Sequence record: SRR31156797_4420
Direction: 5' to 3' (one strand)
DNA: 34,973 nt
Made by a program: the position numbers and the translations under genes. This document shows positions 1-10,410 of the stretch, one piece after another. Each line of letters begins with the position of its first letter. The first letter of the stretch is position 1. Under the pieces are notes generated by a model. That model saw only the letters and a program-made list of their open reading frames with translations, searched no databases and was not told the DNA's origin.

Positions 1-5
1 AACGA

Positions 6-278
6 CTAGCTTACTTCGTCAGCAAGGTCATTTCCAGCTTTGAATTTCACAACTTTTTTCGCAGGAATGTTAATTTCTTCACCTGTTCTTGGGTTGCGAC
101 CTGTTCTTGCACTTCTTTCAGCTACTGAAAAAGATCCGAATCCTACTAATTGAATTCTGTCACCGCCTTTAAGAGCGCCAGATACTGATTCTACAAAAGC
201 TTCTAATGCTTTTTTACTGTCGTTTTTTGAAAGTCCTGATTTAGATGCCATTGCATCTATTAATTGTGCTTTGTTCAT
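6..278 (-). CDS. hup: HU family DNA-binding protein (90 aa; ATG at 278 preferred over the ORF-track start at 305)
   Basis: MNKAQLIDAMA...GFGSF...RTGRNPRTG...PAKKVVKFKAG, the HU/IHF signature. Confidence 0.96.
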   Translation of the reverse strand: MNKAQLIDAMASKSGLSKNDSKKALEAFVESVSGALKGGDRIQLVGFGSFSVAERSARTGRNPRTGEEINIPAKKVVKFKAGNDLADEVS

Positions 279-326
279 AAACCTAAAATTTTTACGTTTA
301 ACCAAATTTTATGTACCAGTTCATTG

Positions 327-357
327 CAAATATAGGCTATTTCTTGTCTTTTGCAAA
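327..357 (-). promoter_or_regulatory. Bacteroidota sigma-70 promoter of HU gene
   Basis: Minus strand TTTG (357-354), 19-nt spacer, TATATTTG (334-327); matches the -33/-7 consensus TTTG/TAnnTTTG. Confidence 0.8.
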
Positions 358-480
358 TTTTATAATACTTTTTTTGAGCCTTTTAACATAAAGCTAACCA
401 TGTATATTTGCTTCATAATCAAATGTCAAGACAATGTTACGCGATAAACTTCTGTTTTTCAGTGTTTTATACTTTGCTTG

Positions 481-1791
481 TTATTGTTTGTTAATTCCTG
501 CAATTTTTTCAAGCATTTCAGTTGTTAATGATTTCGGGCGTTCCAAAGGATAACCTAATGCACGGTCCCAAATAATATTGGCCGAAATACCAATTGCTCT
601 TCCAATTCCAAATAAAACGGTATAGAAATCATATTCAGTAATTCCATAATGCCATTGGATAACACCACTTTGAGCATCAACGTTTGGCCATGGGTTCTTT
701 GCTTTACCGTGCTCTTTCAAAATTGGTGGTACTACTTTATACAATAAATCTGTGTATTTGAATAAAGGATCATCCTGAAGATGTTTTAAACTGAATTCTC
801 TTTGTAGGGCATATCTGGGGTCTGTTTTACGCAATACTGCGTGACCATAACCTGGAATAACCTGACCTGAGTTAAGTGTATCCCAAACAAATTGTTTCAT
901 TTCTTCTTCACTAGGTATATTTCCACCCATTTTATCCATAAGCTCTTGTAGCCAACGCAATACTTCCTGATTTGCCAGACCATGCAATGGTCCGGCCAAG
1001 CCGTTTACCATCGATGATATTGCCAGGTATACATCACTAAGTGAACTTGCTACTAAATGACCTGTGTGGGCGCTTACGTTTCCGCTTTCATGATCACTAT
1101 GGATGATAAAATGCATTCTTGCTACATCATCATAAGGGGCAGGAATACCCATCATATGGGCAAAATTACCACCAAAATCAAGTTCAGGCGAGCTTTGGAT
1201 GCGTTTGCCATCACGGTATAGTTTCGCATAGATATATGAGCCAATTTCAGGTAGTTTTGCTAATAGATTCATAGCGTCCTCAAAGGTCGATTCCCAATAG
1301 TCCTGCTTAGGAATACCAGCCCGGTATTTTTTAGCGAAGAATGATTCTCTACCCATGGTAAGAATAGCGGTTGAGAATATAGCCATAGGATGACTACAAC
1401 ACGGAAATGAGTCAATTACTTCATATACATAACGAGGCAGAATTCTTCGTTTCGAGAATTCATCCAGAACTTGCTCTAACTCTTTTTCGTTTGGAATTTC
1501 ACCTGTTACCAATAGATAAAACAGCCCTTCTACATAAGGCATATCTTTTCCTTTTGGTTTTGGAAGTTTATCAAATACATCATGAAGCGTATGACCACGA
1601 TAACGTATACCTTCGTTTGGATCGAGGTAGGAGATATCAGTAACCAGACATTTGAGTCCTCTCATTCCTCCCAATACCTTACTTATTGTAACTTTATCTA
1701 CTTCAACATCACCAAATTCTTTCATAAGGCGCTCGGTTCTCGGGCGCTGGAGTTCTATCTTTTCAGCTAATTTTTCTTTTAACGTTTTCAT
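481..1791 (-). CDS. gltA: Citrate (Si)-synthase, eukaryote-like type
   Basis: GGMRG, EGIRYRG, HSDHESGNVSAH, LAGPLHGLANQEV, PGYGHAVLRKTDPRY, NPWPNVDA, LERPKS motifs. Confidence 0.95.
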   Translation of the reverse strand: MKTLKEKLAEKIELQRPRTERLMKEFGDVEVDKVTISKVLGGMRGLKCLVTDISYLDPNEGIRYRGHTLHDVFDKLPKPKGKDMPYVEGLFYLLVTGEIPNEKELEQVLDEFSKRRILPRYVYEVIDSFPCCSHPMAIFSTAILTMGRESFFAKKYRAGIPKQDYWESTFEDAMNLLAKLPEIGSYIYAKLYRDGKRIQSSPELDFGGNFAHMMGIPAPYDDVARMHFIIHSDHESGNVSAHTGHLVASSLSDVYLAISSMVNGLAGPLHGLANQEVLRWLQELMDKMGGNIPSEEEMKQFVWDTLNSGQVIPGYGHAVLRKTDPRYALQREFSLKHLQDDPLFKYTDLLYKVVPPILKEHGKAKNPWPNVDAQSGVIQWHYGITEYDFYTVLFGIGRAIGISANIIWDRALGYPLERPKSLTTEMLEKIAGINKQ

Positions 1792-1829
1792 ATATTAGAG
1801 TTTTATGTTTCTACCTAAATAAAGCTTTT

Positions 1830-4091
1830 CTAATTATTCTCTTGTCTAATTAGATTTAATGCTGAGCCAGCATGGAACCATTTTATTTGAATTGGACTAT
1901 AAGTATGTTTTGCTTCTATAGTTTCAGAAGTTCCATCATCATGCTTAATTACCATTTCTACATTCTTTCCGGGAGTAAGTTGATCTATGTTTAGTATATC
2001 AAATGTGTCATTCTCCTTTATTTTGTCGTAATCAGCAGGGTTGGCAAAAGTTAGGGCTAAAACACCTTGCTTTTTAAGATTTGTTTCATGTATTCTGGCA
2101 AATGATCTTACTATAACAGCACGAACTCCCATATGGCGTGGTTCCATTGCAGCATGTTCACGTGATGAACCCTCTCCATAGTTTTCGTCACCAATTACAA
2201 TAGATTGAACTCCTCCATTTTTATAAGCTCTTGCAACACTAGGAGTTTTATCATATTCACCGGTAATTTGATTTTTTGTATTCGGTTTTTCGGTGAAATA
2301 ATTTATTGCTCCCAATAATAAATTATCTGAGATATTGTCTAAATGACCACGAAATCTCAGCCATGGTCCAGCCATAGAAATGTGGTCTGTTGTACATTTT
2401 CCTTTGGCTTTAATTAATATCTTGAGGTCTTTGATATCTTTTGAATTGTTTGGTGCAAATGGTTCAAGTAATTGAAGCCTGTTTGAATCCGGTTTAACAA
2501 TAACATTTACATCACTGGCATCATCTGCCGGAGCTGTAAAACCTAATTCTTTGATATCAAATCCATTAGAAGGAAATTCTTCCCCATTAGGTGGGTCCAG
2601 GTAAACTTCTTCTCCATCTTCATTAATTAATGGATCTTTTAAAGGGTTGAAACTGAGTGAGCCTCCAATAGTAAGTGCTGTTACCATTTCAGGTGATGAA
2701 ACAAATCCATGTGTGTTTGGATTTCCATCGTTTCTTTTGGCAAAATTTCGATTGAAAGAGGTTAAGATGGTGTTTTTACGTTCCGGGTCGTCCGTATGCC
2801 TGTTCCACTGTCCAATACATGGTCCGCACGCATTAGCAAGCACAACTCCACCTATATCTTCAAAATATTGCAGTATTCCGTCGCGTTCAGTGGTATATCG
2901 TATCATTTCAGAGCCAGGAGTCACCATGAATTCTGTTTTAACTTTTAATTTCTTCTCTTTTGCTTGTTTAGCAATTGATGCTGCGCGAGTTAGGTCTTCA
3001 TATGAAGAATTCGTACACGAGCCAATTAAACCAACTTCAATATCAAGAGGGTATTCATTCTCTTTGGCGTTATTCCCTAATTGGCTAATTGGATGAGCTA
3101 AATCAGGAGTAAATGGTCCATTAACCAGCGGTTCCATTTCTGAAAGATTAATCTCAATAACTTTATCGAAATATTTTTCAGGACTGGCATATACATCGGC
3201 ATCACCTGTTAACATATCTTCCATTTGATTAGCCAGTTCGGCAACTTCTTCGCGCTCCGTAATTTTTAAGTAATCACTCATGCGGTTGTCATAACCAAAT
3301 AGGGAAGTGGTTGCACCAATCTCAGCACCCATATTGCAAATTGTTCCTTTTCCCGTACAGCTAATTGAATTAGCTCCTTCTCCAAAATATTCTAAAATAT
3401 ATCCTGTTCCACCTTTTGCTGTTAGAATATCAGCTACTTTAAGTATAACATCTTTTGGTGAGCACCAACCTGAGAGAGAACCGGTTAGTTTAACACCGAT
3501 TAGTTTAGGCATTTTGAGTTCCCAGGGCATATCTGCCATTACATCAACAGCATCAGCTCCTCCAACACCAATAGCTACCATTCCAAGTCCACCTGCATTT
3601 ACTGTGTGTGAGTCGGTACCAATCATCATCCCGCCTGGAAATGCGTAGTTTTCAAGGACTACCTGGTGTATAATTCCTGCACCCGGCTCCCAAAAACCAA
3701 TTCCATATTTTTTAGAAACAGACTTTAAAAAATCGAAAACTTCACTGTTTTGATTCCAGGCTGTAGATAAATCCTTTTCGGCACCTACCTGGGCTTGTAT
3801 CAAATGATCGCAATGAACTGTAGATGGTACGGCCACTTTATCTTTACCTGCATTCATAAATTGGAGTAAGGCCATTTGTGCAGTTGCATCTTGCATAGCT
3901 ACTCTATCCGGGGCAAAGTTTACATAGTCTTCTCCTCTTTTGAATTCTTTAAGTTCCTGTGAACTATGCAGATGGGTGTATAGAATTTTTTCTGCAAGAG
4001 TTAATGGTTTTCCAATTTTTTCGCGTGCATTTTGAAGTTTTTGTTCAAAATTCGCATAGACATCTTTTATCAGTTCTAAATCAAATAACAT
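1830..4091 (-). CDS. acnA: Aconitate hydratase, mitochondrial-like type
   Basis: [60 protein letters not shown] motifs. Confidence 0.95.
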   Translation of the reverse strand: MLFDLELIKDVYANFEQKLQNAREKIGKPLTLAEKILYTHLHSSQELKEFKRGEDYVNFAPDRVAMQDATAQMALLQFMNAGKDKVAVPSTVHCDHLIQAQVGAEKDLSTAWNQNSEVFDFLKSVSKKYGIGFWEPGAGIIHQVVLENYAFPGGMMIGTDSHTVNAGGLGMVAIGVGGADAVDVMADMPWELKMPKLIGVKLTGSLSGWCSPKDVILKVADILTAKGGTGYILEYFGEGANSISCTGKGTICNMGAEIGATTSLFGYDNRMSDYLKITEREEVAELANQMEDMLTGDADVYASPEKYFDKVIEINLSEMEPLVNGPFTPDLAHPISQLGNNAKENEYPLDIEVGLIGSCTNSSYEDLTRAASIAKQAKEKKLKVKTEFMVTPGSEMIRYTTERDGILQYFEDIGGVVLANACGPCIGQWNRHTDDPERKNTILTSFNRNFAKRNDGNPNTHGFVSSPEMVTALTIGGSLSFNPLKDPLINEDGEEVYLDPPNGEEFPSNGFDIKELGFTAPADDASDVNVIVKPDSNRLQLLEPFAPNNSKDIKDLKILIKAKGKCTTDHISMAGPWLRFRGHLDNISDNLLLGAINYFTEKPNTKNQITGEYDKTPSVARAYKNGGVQSIVIGDENYGEGSSREHAAMEPRHMGVRAVIVRSFARIHETNLKKQGVLALTFANPADYDKIKENDTFDILNIDQLTPGKNVEMVIKHDDGTSETIEAKHTYSPIQIKWFHAGSALNLIRQENN

Positions 4092-4119
4092 AGTAGTGTT
4101 TTTTATTTTGAATATCTAA

Positions 4120-4127
4120 CAAAATTA
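4120..4127 (-). promoter_or_regulatory. -7 promoter box of acn-gltA
   Basis: TAATTTTG on minus strand, about 30 nt upstream of the start codon. Confidence 0.6.
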
Positions 4128-4336
4128 AAGCTTAAAATGTTGGCCAATTTCATATAGAAAGCCTTCATTTTAAATGATAATAACTAATTTATTTTCATTC
4201 TAAATATAAATAGATTTAAATATGTTAATATAGTTATTTTTATTTTACGTAGATAGCTTTTAGAATCTTTTTTATTTATCAAAGATTAATTGTTATGGAA
4301 AAGGTTTTTTTGTAATTTTAGTTAATATAACCAACT

Positions 4337-5953
4337 ATGAAACCTTTTCTATTACTGATAATCGTTTCCCTGTTTCTATTTAGTGAAATTTATGGTATAA
4401 ATAATCAACTCATTGAACAAGAAAAGCTGTGGATTGCCCAAAATGAGATTAAAGTTGGTATATATCCTTTTTATCCTCCTTTTGCATATATTGAAGATGA
4501 TGAATCAATAATTGGCTTGTTTCCTGATTTAAGGGAGTTAATTAAAGAATATTCAGGGTTGAGGTTTAAGCAGATTTTTTATCCCAATTGGGAGGCTTAT
4601 CTAGATGCCATTAAGCAGGGTGAGATTGATATGATTATGCCAATAATACCTACTGAGGGGCGAAAACGATTTTTAAATTTCTCCAGACCCATTGTTATGG
4701 ATCCTCATGCTATAGTTATTAGAAATGAAGATGTTGACAATGTAAATACCGATAATATCAAATTTAAGACTGATCTGGCTATTGGCGCCGTAAAAGGTTA
4801 TTTCATAACGGAATATGTGAAAACTGAATTACCTACGCATCAGATTCAATATTTTCTTGATGATAAACAATGTATTAAAGCATTATTGGAAAAGAAAGTT
4901 GATGTTTTCGTTACGCAAACATATACTGCTGCATATTTTCTGAGGGAATACAATGAACTGTCCATTATCTCAGATATTCCCACCAATACCATTTTAGCTA
5001 TTGGCACAACTAAAGAAAAGCCCATTTTGCATCAAATAATTAGTAAAACACTGGATCAGTTACCTGAAAATACTATTTCAGATCTGATTAATAAATGGAC
5101 GTATCAACATTATCAACCTTTTTATAAAAAGTTAAATTTTTGGATTGTTATTGGTCTTGGAGCACTATTCTTTGCTTTTTTCTTATTTGTAATGAATAAA
5201 GTATTACAAGTAAGAGTGAAAAAAAGGACAAATGAATTAATGCTTGCCAAACTTAAAGCAGAAGAAAGTGAGAAACTTAAAACAGCATTTGTTTTGAATA
5301 TATCACATGAGATCCGGACACCGTTAAATGCAATTAACGGCTTTTCTGAATTGTTAGCTTTGCAATTTGATGATGAGGTTATTAAGGATTATAGCAAAGA
5401 TATCATTGCAAATAGTCATAGGTTAACTACCGTAGTAGAGAGTATGATAATTTTTGCCCAGCTCGAAAGTGGAAATATTGAGTTTGACAAAAGACCGGTT
5501 TTACTCTGCGATATTGTGGATGCGGTTGCATTGAAATATAAAGAAATGTACCCTGAAAAGCTCAACGATATTGATTTTGAGTTGGAATGTGCTGCCAGTT
5601 CTCAAAAAATTGATACGGACTCATATTATTTCCGTAAAATGCTGGGATTTATACTGGATAATGCTTTTAAATTTACAAAACAAGGAAGAATTAGATTTGG
5701 ATATCGTGTTTATCACCGGCAATTAAATGTTTTTATTGAAGATACAGGAACAGGTATTAAGCAAGATACAATTCCTCGAATATTTGATCGATTTTATAAA
5801 TTTTCTGTATCTGACGAAAAATTCCATCCCGGAACAGGAGTAGGGTTAACTGTTGCCAAGAAACTTTCAGAAGAATTAGGTTTTGAAATGAAAATTGATT
5901 CTGAATTAGGTCATGGCACTGTAGTGAGTTTTAATGGGCAGATTAATGATTAA
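4337..5953 (+). CDS. Orphan sensor histidine kinase with periplasmic amino-acid-binding (family 3/VFT) domain
   Basis: Signal peptide; SBP-3-like segment (YPPFAY...GEIDMI...TEGRKRFLNFS); TM helix; H-box ISHEIRTPLN, N-box LDNAFKFT, DTGTGI, GTGVGL. Confidence 0.9.
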   Translation: MKPFLLLIIVSLFLFSEIYGINNQLIEQEKLWIAQNEIKVGIYPFYPPFAYIEDDESIIGLFPDLRELIKEYSGLRFKQIFYPNWEAYLDAIKQGEIDMIMPIIPTEGRKRFLNFSRPIVMDPHAIVIRNEDVDNVNTDNIKFKTDLAIGAVKGYFITEYVKTELPTHQIQYFLDDKQCIKALLEKKVDVFVTQTYTAAYFLREYNELSIISDIPTNTILAIGTTKEKPILHQIISKTLDQLPENTISDLINKWTYQHYQPFYKKLNFWIVIGLGALFFAFFLFVMNKVLQVRVKKRTNELMLAKLKAEESEKLKTAFVLNISHEIRTPLNAINGFSELLALQFDDEVIKDYSKDIIANSHRLTTVVESMIIFAQLESGNIEFDKRPVLLCDIVDAVALKYKEMYPEKLNDIDFELECAASSQKIDTDSYYFRKMLGFILDNAFKFTKQGRIRFGYRVYHRQLNVFIEDTGTGIKQDTIPRIFDRFYKFSVSDEKFHPGTGVGLTVAKKLSEELGFEMKIDSELGHGTVVSFNGQIND

Positions 5954-6701
5954 CTCTTTCAGCTGTTTTTGTTTTATCAATAAACCATTTACCAATAGAG
6001 CCTGCGCAAGGTTTTTCAAATTTCATTTTTTCAGGGTGAAATTGTACTCCCAGCGCAATCCAATCATCACCTATGTATTGTATAGATTCAACTACAGTAT
6101 CAATTGTCCTGGCACCTACTTTTAATTTCTCTCCAATATTATCAGCACTTTGGTGGTGATAAGAATTGACTAAACATTGGTTTAATCCTGTAATCTCATA
6201 CAATAATGAGGCTGTATCGATGCTAATTTCATGTATCGGTGGATTGTCTTTATCTCTATGTAAAATATTGTTTTCAATATCGGTTGGTATATCTGTATGT
6301 AAAGAGCCACCCAATGCTACATTCAACATTTGATGCCCACGGCAAATACCTAAAAGAGGTATCTTATTTTGTTTTGCATAAGCTATCATTTTGAGCTCTA
6401 ATGAATCTCGATATCTATCAAACTCACCACATTTTGGTATTTCGTCAGCTTTGCCATATAAAGAAGGATATATGTCGCGCCCTCCCGTTATTATAATGCC
6501 TGCAGCTTTTGATAACCATTTGTCAATAGAATCGTTATGCTGACCATAGGCTGATTTGAGTGTTAAAGTTGAATCAACATTATGTATAAAAGTCATATAG
6601 GTGCCATTTTTATCGGCTTTAGAAAATAAAATAAGATCTTGAGTAAAAGCTTCTGAACCAATAAATATAATGGTGATGAATATCAAAAAAATAATTTTCA
6701 T
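5943..6701 (-). CDS. Class I glutamine amidotransferase-like / gamma-glutamyl-GABA hydrolase (peptidase C26) family protein with signal peptide
   Basis: ITGGRDI, GICRGHQ nucleophile elbow, VNSYHHQ, GVQFHPE; hydrophobic N-terminus. Confidence 0.88.
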   Translation of the reverse strand: MKIIFLIFITIIFIGSEAFTQDLILFSKADKNGTYMTFIHNVDSTLTLKSAYGQHNDSIDKWLSKAAGIIITGGRDIYPSLYGKADEIPKCGEFDRYRDSLELKMIAYAKQNKIPLLGICRGHQMLNVALGGSLHTDIPTDIENNILHRDKDNPPIHEISIDTASLLYEITGLNQCLVNSYHHQSADNIGEKLKVGARTIDTVVESIQYIGDDWIALGVQFHPEKMKFEKPCAGSIGKWFIDKTKTAERVNH

Positions 6702-6750
6702 AGTTGTTGCTTTTTCATAGAAGGGTTGAAGATAAGCATTTTGAGCAAAT

Positions 6751-6775
6751 AAAAAAGGGTTGCCGAAGCAACCCT
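6751..6775 (-). terminator. Intrinsic terminator after the tandem aconitase-family genes
   Basis: Minus strand AGGGTTGC-TTCG-GCAACCCT followed by a T-tract. Confidence 0.88.
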
Positions 6776-6781
6776 GTATCT

Positions 6782-8557
6782 TTATTGTGCTTTAATCCAG
6801 TTGACCAGGCCTTTCTTTTCTATTACCTCCATTAGTTTTTCAGGTAATGGTGGAATATCGTAGGTTTTTCCTCCAATTGTTGCTTTACCTGCAGTTAAGT
6901 CTGCTTCAATTTCATCCCCAGGTTTATATGTTTCAACAATTTCTTTGTTTACAATCAATAATAATCCCTGATTGATGCATGACCGATAAAAAATACGGTT
7001 GGCAGATTTTACAATTACTGCTTTTACACCAGCATGAGCCAACCCTACAGCAGGGTGTTCACGAGAACTTCCACAACCGAAGTTTTCGCCGGCAACTACT
7101 ATATCACCTGCCTGTACATTTTTAGCAAAGTTTTCATCAAAACCGGCAAACAAATGAGGCATTATCGCTTCAGCGTCAGAACTCATTACGTTGTACGTTA
7201 GATTTCCTGCAAACATTTGATCGGTATTTAAATTGTCTGCATCAGCATAATTCCATACACCATTGATTCTACGATTATCTGTTTTTTCAATTTCAATGGT
7301 ATTGCCATCTTCTTTCTGATATGGAAATTTTTCATTCCCGGGCTTGCTTCTTGGATCAGTAATTTTACCATTTAACGCACTTAAAGCAACCGCTGCGGGC
7401 GATGCTAAATAAATTTCTGCCTCTTTGTTACCCATTCGACCTTTAAAATTGCGATTAGCTGTTGAGATTACAGTATAACCATCAGCTGGAATTCCCTGGC
7501 CAGTCCCCAAACATGGGCCACAACTGGCGCCAAGAACATTTGCCCCGGCATCAATTAAATCACTTATGATGCCTTCTTTGATAGCTTGTAAATATATCTT
7601 TTTGGAGGCTGGTGCAACCAATAATTGCACACTTCCGGGTATTTTTTGACCTTTCAATATATCACGTGCAATTCTTAAATCTTCAATACGACCATTAGTA
7701 CAGGTTCCAATTAATGCCTGTTGAATTGGTTTTCCGGCTACTTCAGCGATGGCTTTAACATTATCAACATGATGAGGTGCTGCAGTTAAAGGATAAAGTT
7801 CAGAGAGGTTAATTTCCATTTCTTTTACATAATTTGCCCCTTGATCTGCCCAAATACCTTCAATTTTTTCTCCGAAATAATTATCTAGAATCTCATCGGG
7901 AGGAAATACTGCATTTTTAGCTCCCATTTCTGATGCCAGGTTAGCAATAGTCATGCGCTCTGAAATAGAAAGGGTTTTCACACCTTCTCCATGATATTCA
8001 ATGCTCATATAGTTTGCACCAGCAGAACCTATCATTCCAATGATATACAAGGATAAATCTTTGGCAAAAACACCTTCAGGCAATTTTCCGGTTAAAGTAA
8101 TTTTAATACTTTCCGGTACTCTGAACCACGTTTCGCCACGGCGCCAAATTCCGGCAGCTTCTGTCCGGTCAATTCCGGCAGCTAAAGCATTAAAAGCTCC
8201 AGCTGTACATGTATGGCTATCGCTTCCCACGATGATCATTCCTGGTTTAGCGTGGTCAGCCATAATTTGATGACAAATACCATCCCCAACATCATGGAAT
8301 TTGCCCACATTTTGCTTCCTTGCAAATTCGCGAATTGTTTCATATTGTGTAGCCAATTTCGCATTGGTGGGAGGGGCGTTATGGTCTAAAACCATCAAAA
8401 GTTGATCAGGATTGGCAACTTGTTCACCACCCATTTTTTCGAATGTACCTTTTATACTGGCACTATTATCATGTGTTAGTACTAAATCGGGTTTTTTAAA
8501 TACAATTGATCCGACCTTTGCACCTAATATTTTTTCTACAAATGTATTTGCTGACAT
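6782..8557 (-). CDS. Fused large+small subunit aconitase-family hydro-lyase (LeuC-LeuD / homoaconitase-like), canonical active site
   Basis: THD, LDHNAP, GICHQ, GSDSHT, IGTCTNGR, SCGPC, NRNFKGRMG; C-terminal swivel domain with NTDQ and NFGCGSSREH. Confidence 0.88.
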   Translation of the reverse strand: MSANTFVEKILGAKVGSIVFKKPDLVLTHDNSASIKGTFEKMGGEQVANPDQLLMVLDHNAPPTNAKLATQYETIREFARKQNVGKFHDVGDGICHQIMADHAKPGMIIVGSDSHTCTAGAFNALAAGIDRTEAAGIWRRGETWFRVPESIKITLTGKLPEGVFAKDLSLYIIGMIGSAGANYMSIEYHGEGVKTLSISERMTIANLASEMGAKNAVFPPDEILDNYFGEKIEGIWADQGANYVKEMEINLSELYPLTAAPHHVDNVKAIAEVAGKPIQQALIGTCTNGRIEDLRIARDILKGQKIPGSVQLLVAPASKKIYLQAIKEGIISDLIDAGANVLGASCGPCLGTGQGIPADGYTVISTANRNFKGRMGNKEAEIYLASPAAVALSALNGKITDPRSKPGNEKFPYQKEDGNTIEIEKTDNRRINGVWNYADADNLNTDQMFAGNLTYNVMSSDAEAIMPHLFAGFDENFAKNVQAGDIVVAGENFGCGSSREHPAVGLAHAGVKAVIVKSANRIFYRSCINQGLLLIVNKEIVETYKPGDEIEADLTAGKATIGGKTYDIPPLPEKLMEVIEKKGLVNWIKAQ

Positions 8558-8575
8558 TTTTGATTGATTTTGAGT

Positions 8576-10384
8576 TTAGAATAATCCGCCACGCTTAAAT
8601 ATCTCTGTTTGAACTTCACTGAAAGGCTTAATCTGACCCTTTGTTCCTTTGGTTTTATTTTCCAATTCACCAGTCTCAAAGTTCAGTTTAATTTGGTCTC
8701 CAGTTTCAAGTTGTAACGAAGTAATATCGTTATAAGTTAAAATAGGCATGGCAGCATTAATGGCATTGCGCTCATAAATAGCACCAAAAGACTCAGCCAC
8801 AATAGCTTGTACGCCTAGTGCTTTGAAGCAATCAACTGCTTGTTGACGTGAACTACCGCTTCCAAAATTCTTCCCAGTTACTACAATATCATTGGGCTGA
8901 GCTTTTTTAGCGAAATCTTCATACCCTTCTAAATTATCAAATGTGTACTGACCCATTTCATTAATGTCTGTAATTGAAAGGTAGCGATTGTGGAAAATCA
9001 TATCTGTGTCAATATTATCTTGTTCAATTACCCAAACTCTTCCTTCAACTGTTGTTTTTGTTCCTGCAGCTTCTTTATTCTCTGATGATTTGCGTGGAGG
9101 AGCAGCGGCGAAATTTGTTTCAAATAGTACCGGTTCTTCAGGAATATGATCTGGTGATGTAATATAACCTGCAATTGCTGAGGCAGCTACTACTGCAGGA
9201 GATGCAAGGTATACTTCACCTTTACCTTGTTTACCCGGGAAGTTTCGGTTACCAGTACTTATTGTAATTTCACCAGGTCCATTTTGCCCAACCTGCCCTG
9301 CTGCGCAACCCGCGCAACCAGCATTGGAAATTAATGCTCCGGCATTTTTCAGCGTACGAATAATACCTTCTTCTAAAGCCATTTCCCATACTTCGTTAGT
9401 GGCAGGCACAACTTTTAATACGACGCCCGGAGCAACTTGTCTGCCATTGATAATAGCTGCAGCTGCTCTAAGGTCTTCAATTCTTCCGTTTGTACAACTT
9501 CCAATAAAGGCTGAATCAATTTTAATTTTATCTAATTCATCAATACTAGCAGTATCATGCGGTGCACCTGGAAGTGAAACTTTAGGTGTAAACTTACTAA
9601 TGTCAATATTGATTTCTTGCTCGTATGATGCATCAGCATCAGCAAAAACAGGATCTATTTTTTTACCTGCGCGTTCTTCACTATATTTTAAAATTGTTTC
9701 GTTTGGAGGGAACAATAAAATGATGGCACCCATTTCGGTACCCATTGATGCAATTGTAATGCGTTCATCCAATGTAAGTTTGTCAATGGCTTCGCCATAA
9801 AACTCAACCGAATATCCTAAAAGGGTATTGGCGCCAAATTTTTCAAGTAAATTAAGTACAATATCTTTAGCAGTTACGTTTGCCGGTTTTTCACCTTCAA
9901 AATTTATTTTAATTGAAGGGGGTGTTTTAAACCATATATTTCCATTGGCCCATGCTGCAGCAATATCTTTATCACCCATTCCCTGTCCAAATGCTCCAAC
10001 AGCTCCCAGGATATTGGCATGAGAGTCAGTAGTGATGGCTGTACTGCCCGAATGTACAAGTCCCTCATGGATCATAGTATGTGTGCCAATACCATTGTCA
10101 ATGTCGTATACTTTAATACCATATTCACGAGCAAATTGACGACAAACTTGTTGATTGATGGCATATTTTTGATCAGAACCGGTTGGATTCGTGTCAAAAG
10201 TAAAAAATGTTTTATCCGGATCTTTTATTGTAAGGTTGTTATCTCTAATGTTCTTTACTACGTTAGCACCACCAAAATCTCTGGCTGCTCTTACGTCTAT
10301 TTCAATATCAACGATGTCTCCGGGTTTAACATCGCTTTGTGCCGAATGAGAGGCAAGTATCTTTTCAATAATTGTTTTTCCCAT
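8576..10384 (-). CDS. Second fused large+small subunit aconitase-family protein (LeuC-LeuD-like), divergent active site
   Basis: TIIEKIL, TDSH, IGSCTNGRIEDL, GCAGC, NRNFPGKQG, YLASP; swivel domain DNIDTD and NFGSGSSRQQA. Confidence 0.88.
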   Translation of the reverse strand: MGKTIIEKILASHSAQSDVKPGDIVDIEIDVRAARDFGGANVVKNIRDNNLTIKDPDKTFFTFDTNPTGSDQKYAINQQVCRQFAREYGIKVYDIDNGIGTHTMIHEGLVHSGSTAITTDSHANILGAVGAFGQGMGDKDIAAAWANGNIWFKTPPSIKINFEGEKPANVTAKDIVLNLLEKFGANTLLGYSVEFYGEAIDKLTLDERITIASMGTEMGAIILLFPPNETILKYSEERAGKKIDPVFADADASYEQEINIDISKFTPKVSLPGAPHDTASIDELDKIKIDSAFIGSCTNGRIEDLRAAAAIINGRQVAPGVVLKVVPATNEVWEMALEEGIIRTLKNAGALISNAGCAGCAAGQVGQNGPGEITISTGNRNFPGKQGKGEVYLASPAVVAASAIAGYITSPDHIPEEPVLFETNFAAAPPRKSSENKEAAGTKTTVEGRVWVIEQDNIDTDMIFHNRYLSITDINEMGQYTFDNLEGYEDFAKKAQPNDIVVTGKNFGSGSSRQQAVDCFKALGVQAIVAESFGAIYERNAINAAMPILTYNDITSLQLETGDQIKLNFETGELENKTKGTKGQIKPFSEVQTEIFKRGGLF

Positions 10385-10410
10385 GATAAATGATTTTTAA
10401 TTGCAGTAAA

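Noticed and set aside
403-410. Plus-strand TATATTTG box pointing antisense into the gltA 3' end
   Set aside because: No correctly spaced -33 element and no downstream terminator or structure; such 8-mers arise by chance in AT-rich DNA.
1407-3648. Short plus-strand ORFs antisense to gltA and acn, and similar shadow ORFs opposite other genes in the window
   Set aside because: They lie wholly opposite well-conserved genes and carry no recognisable motifs.
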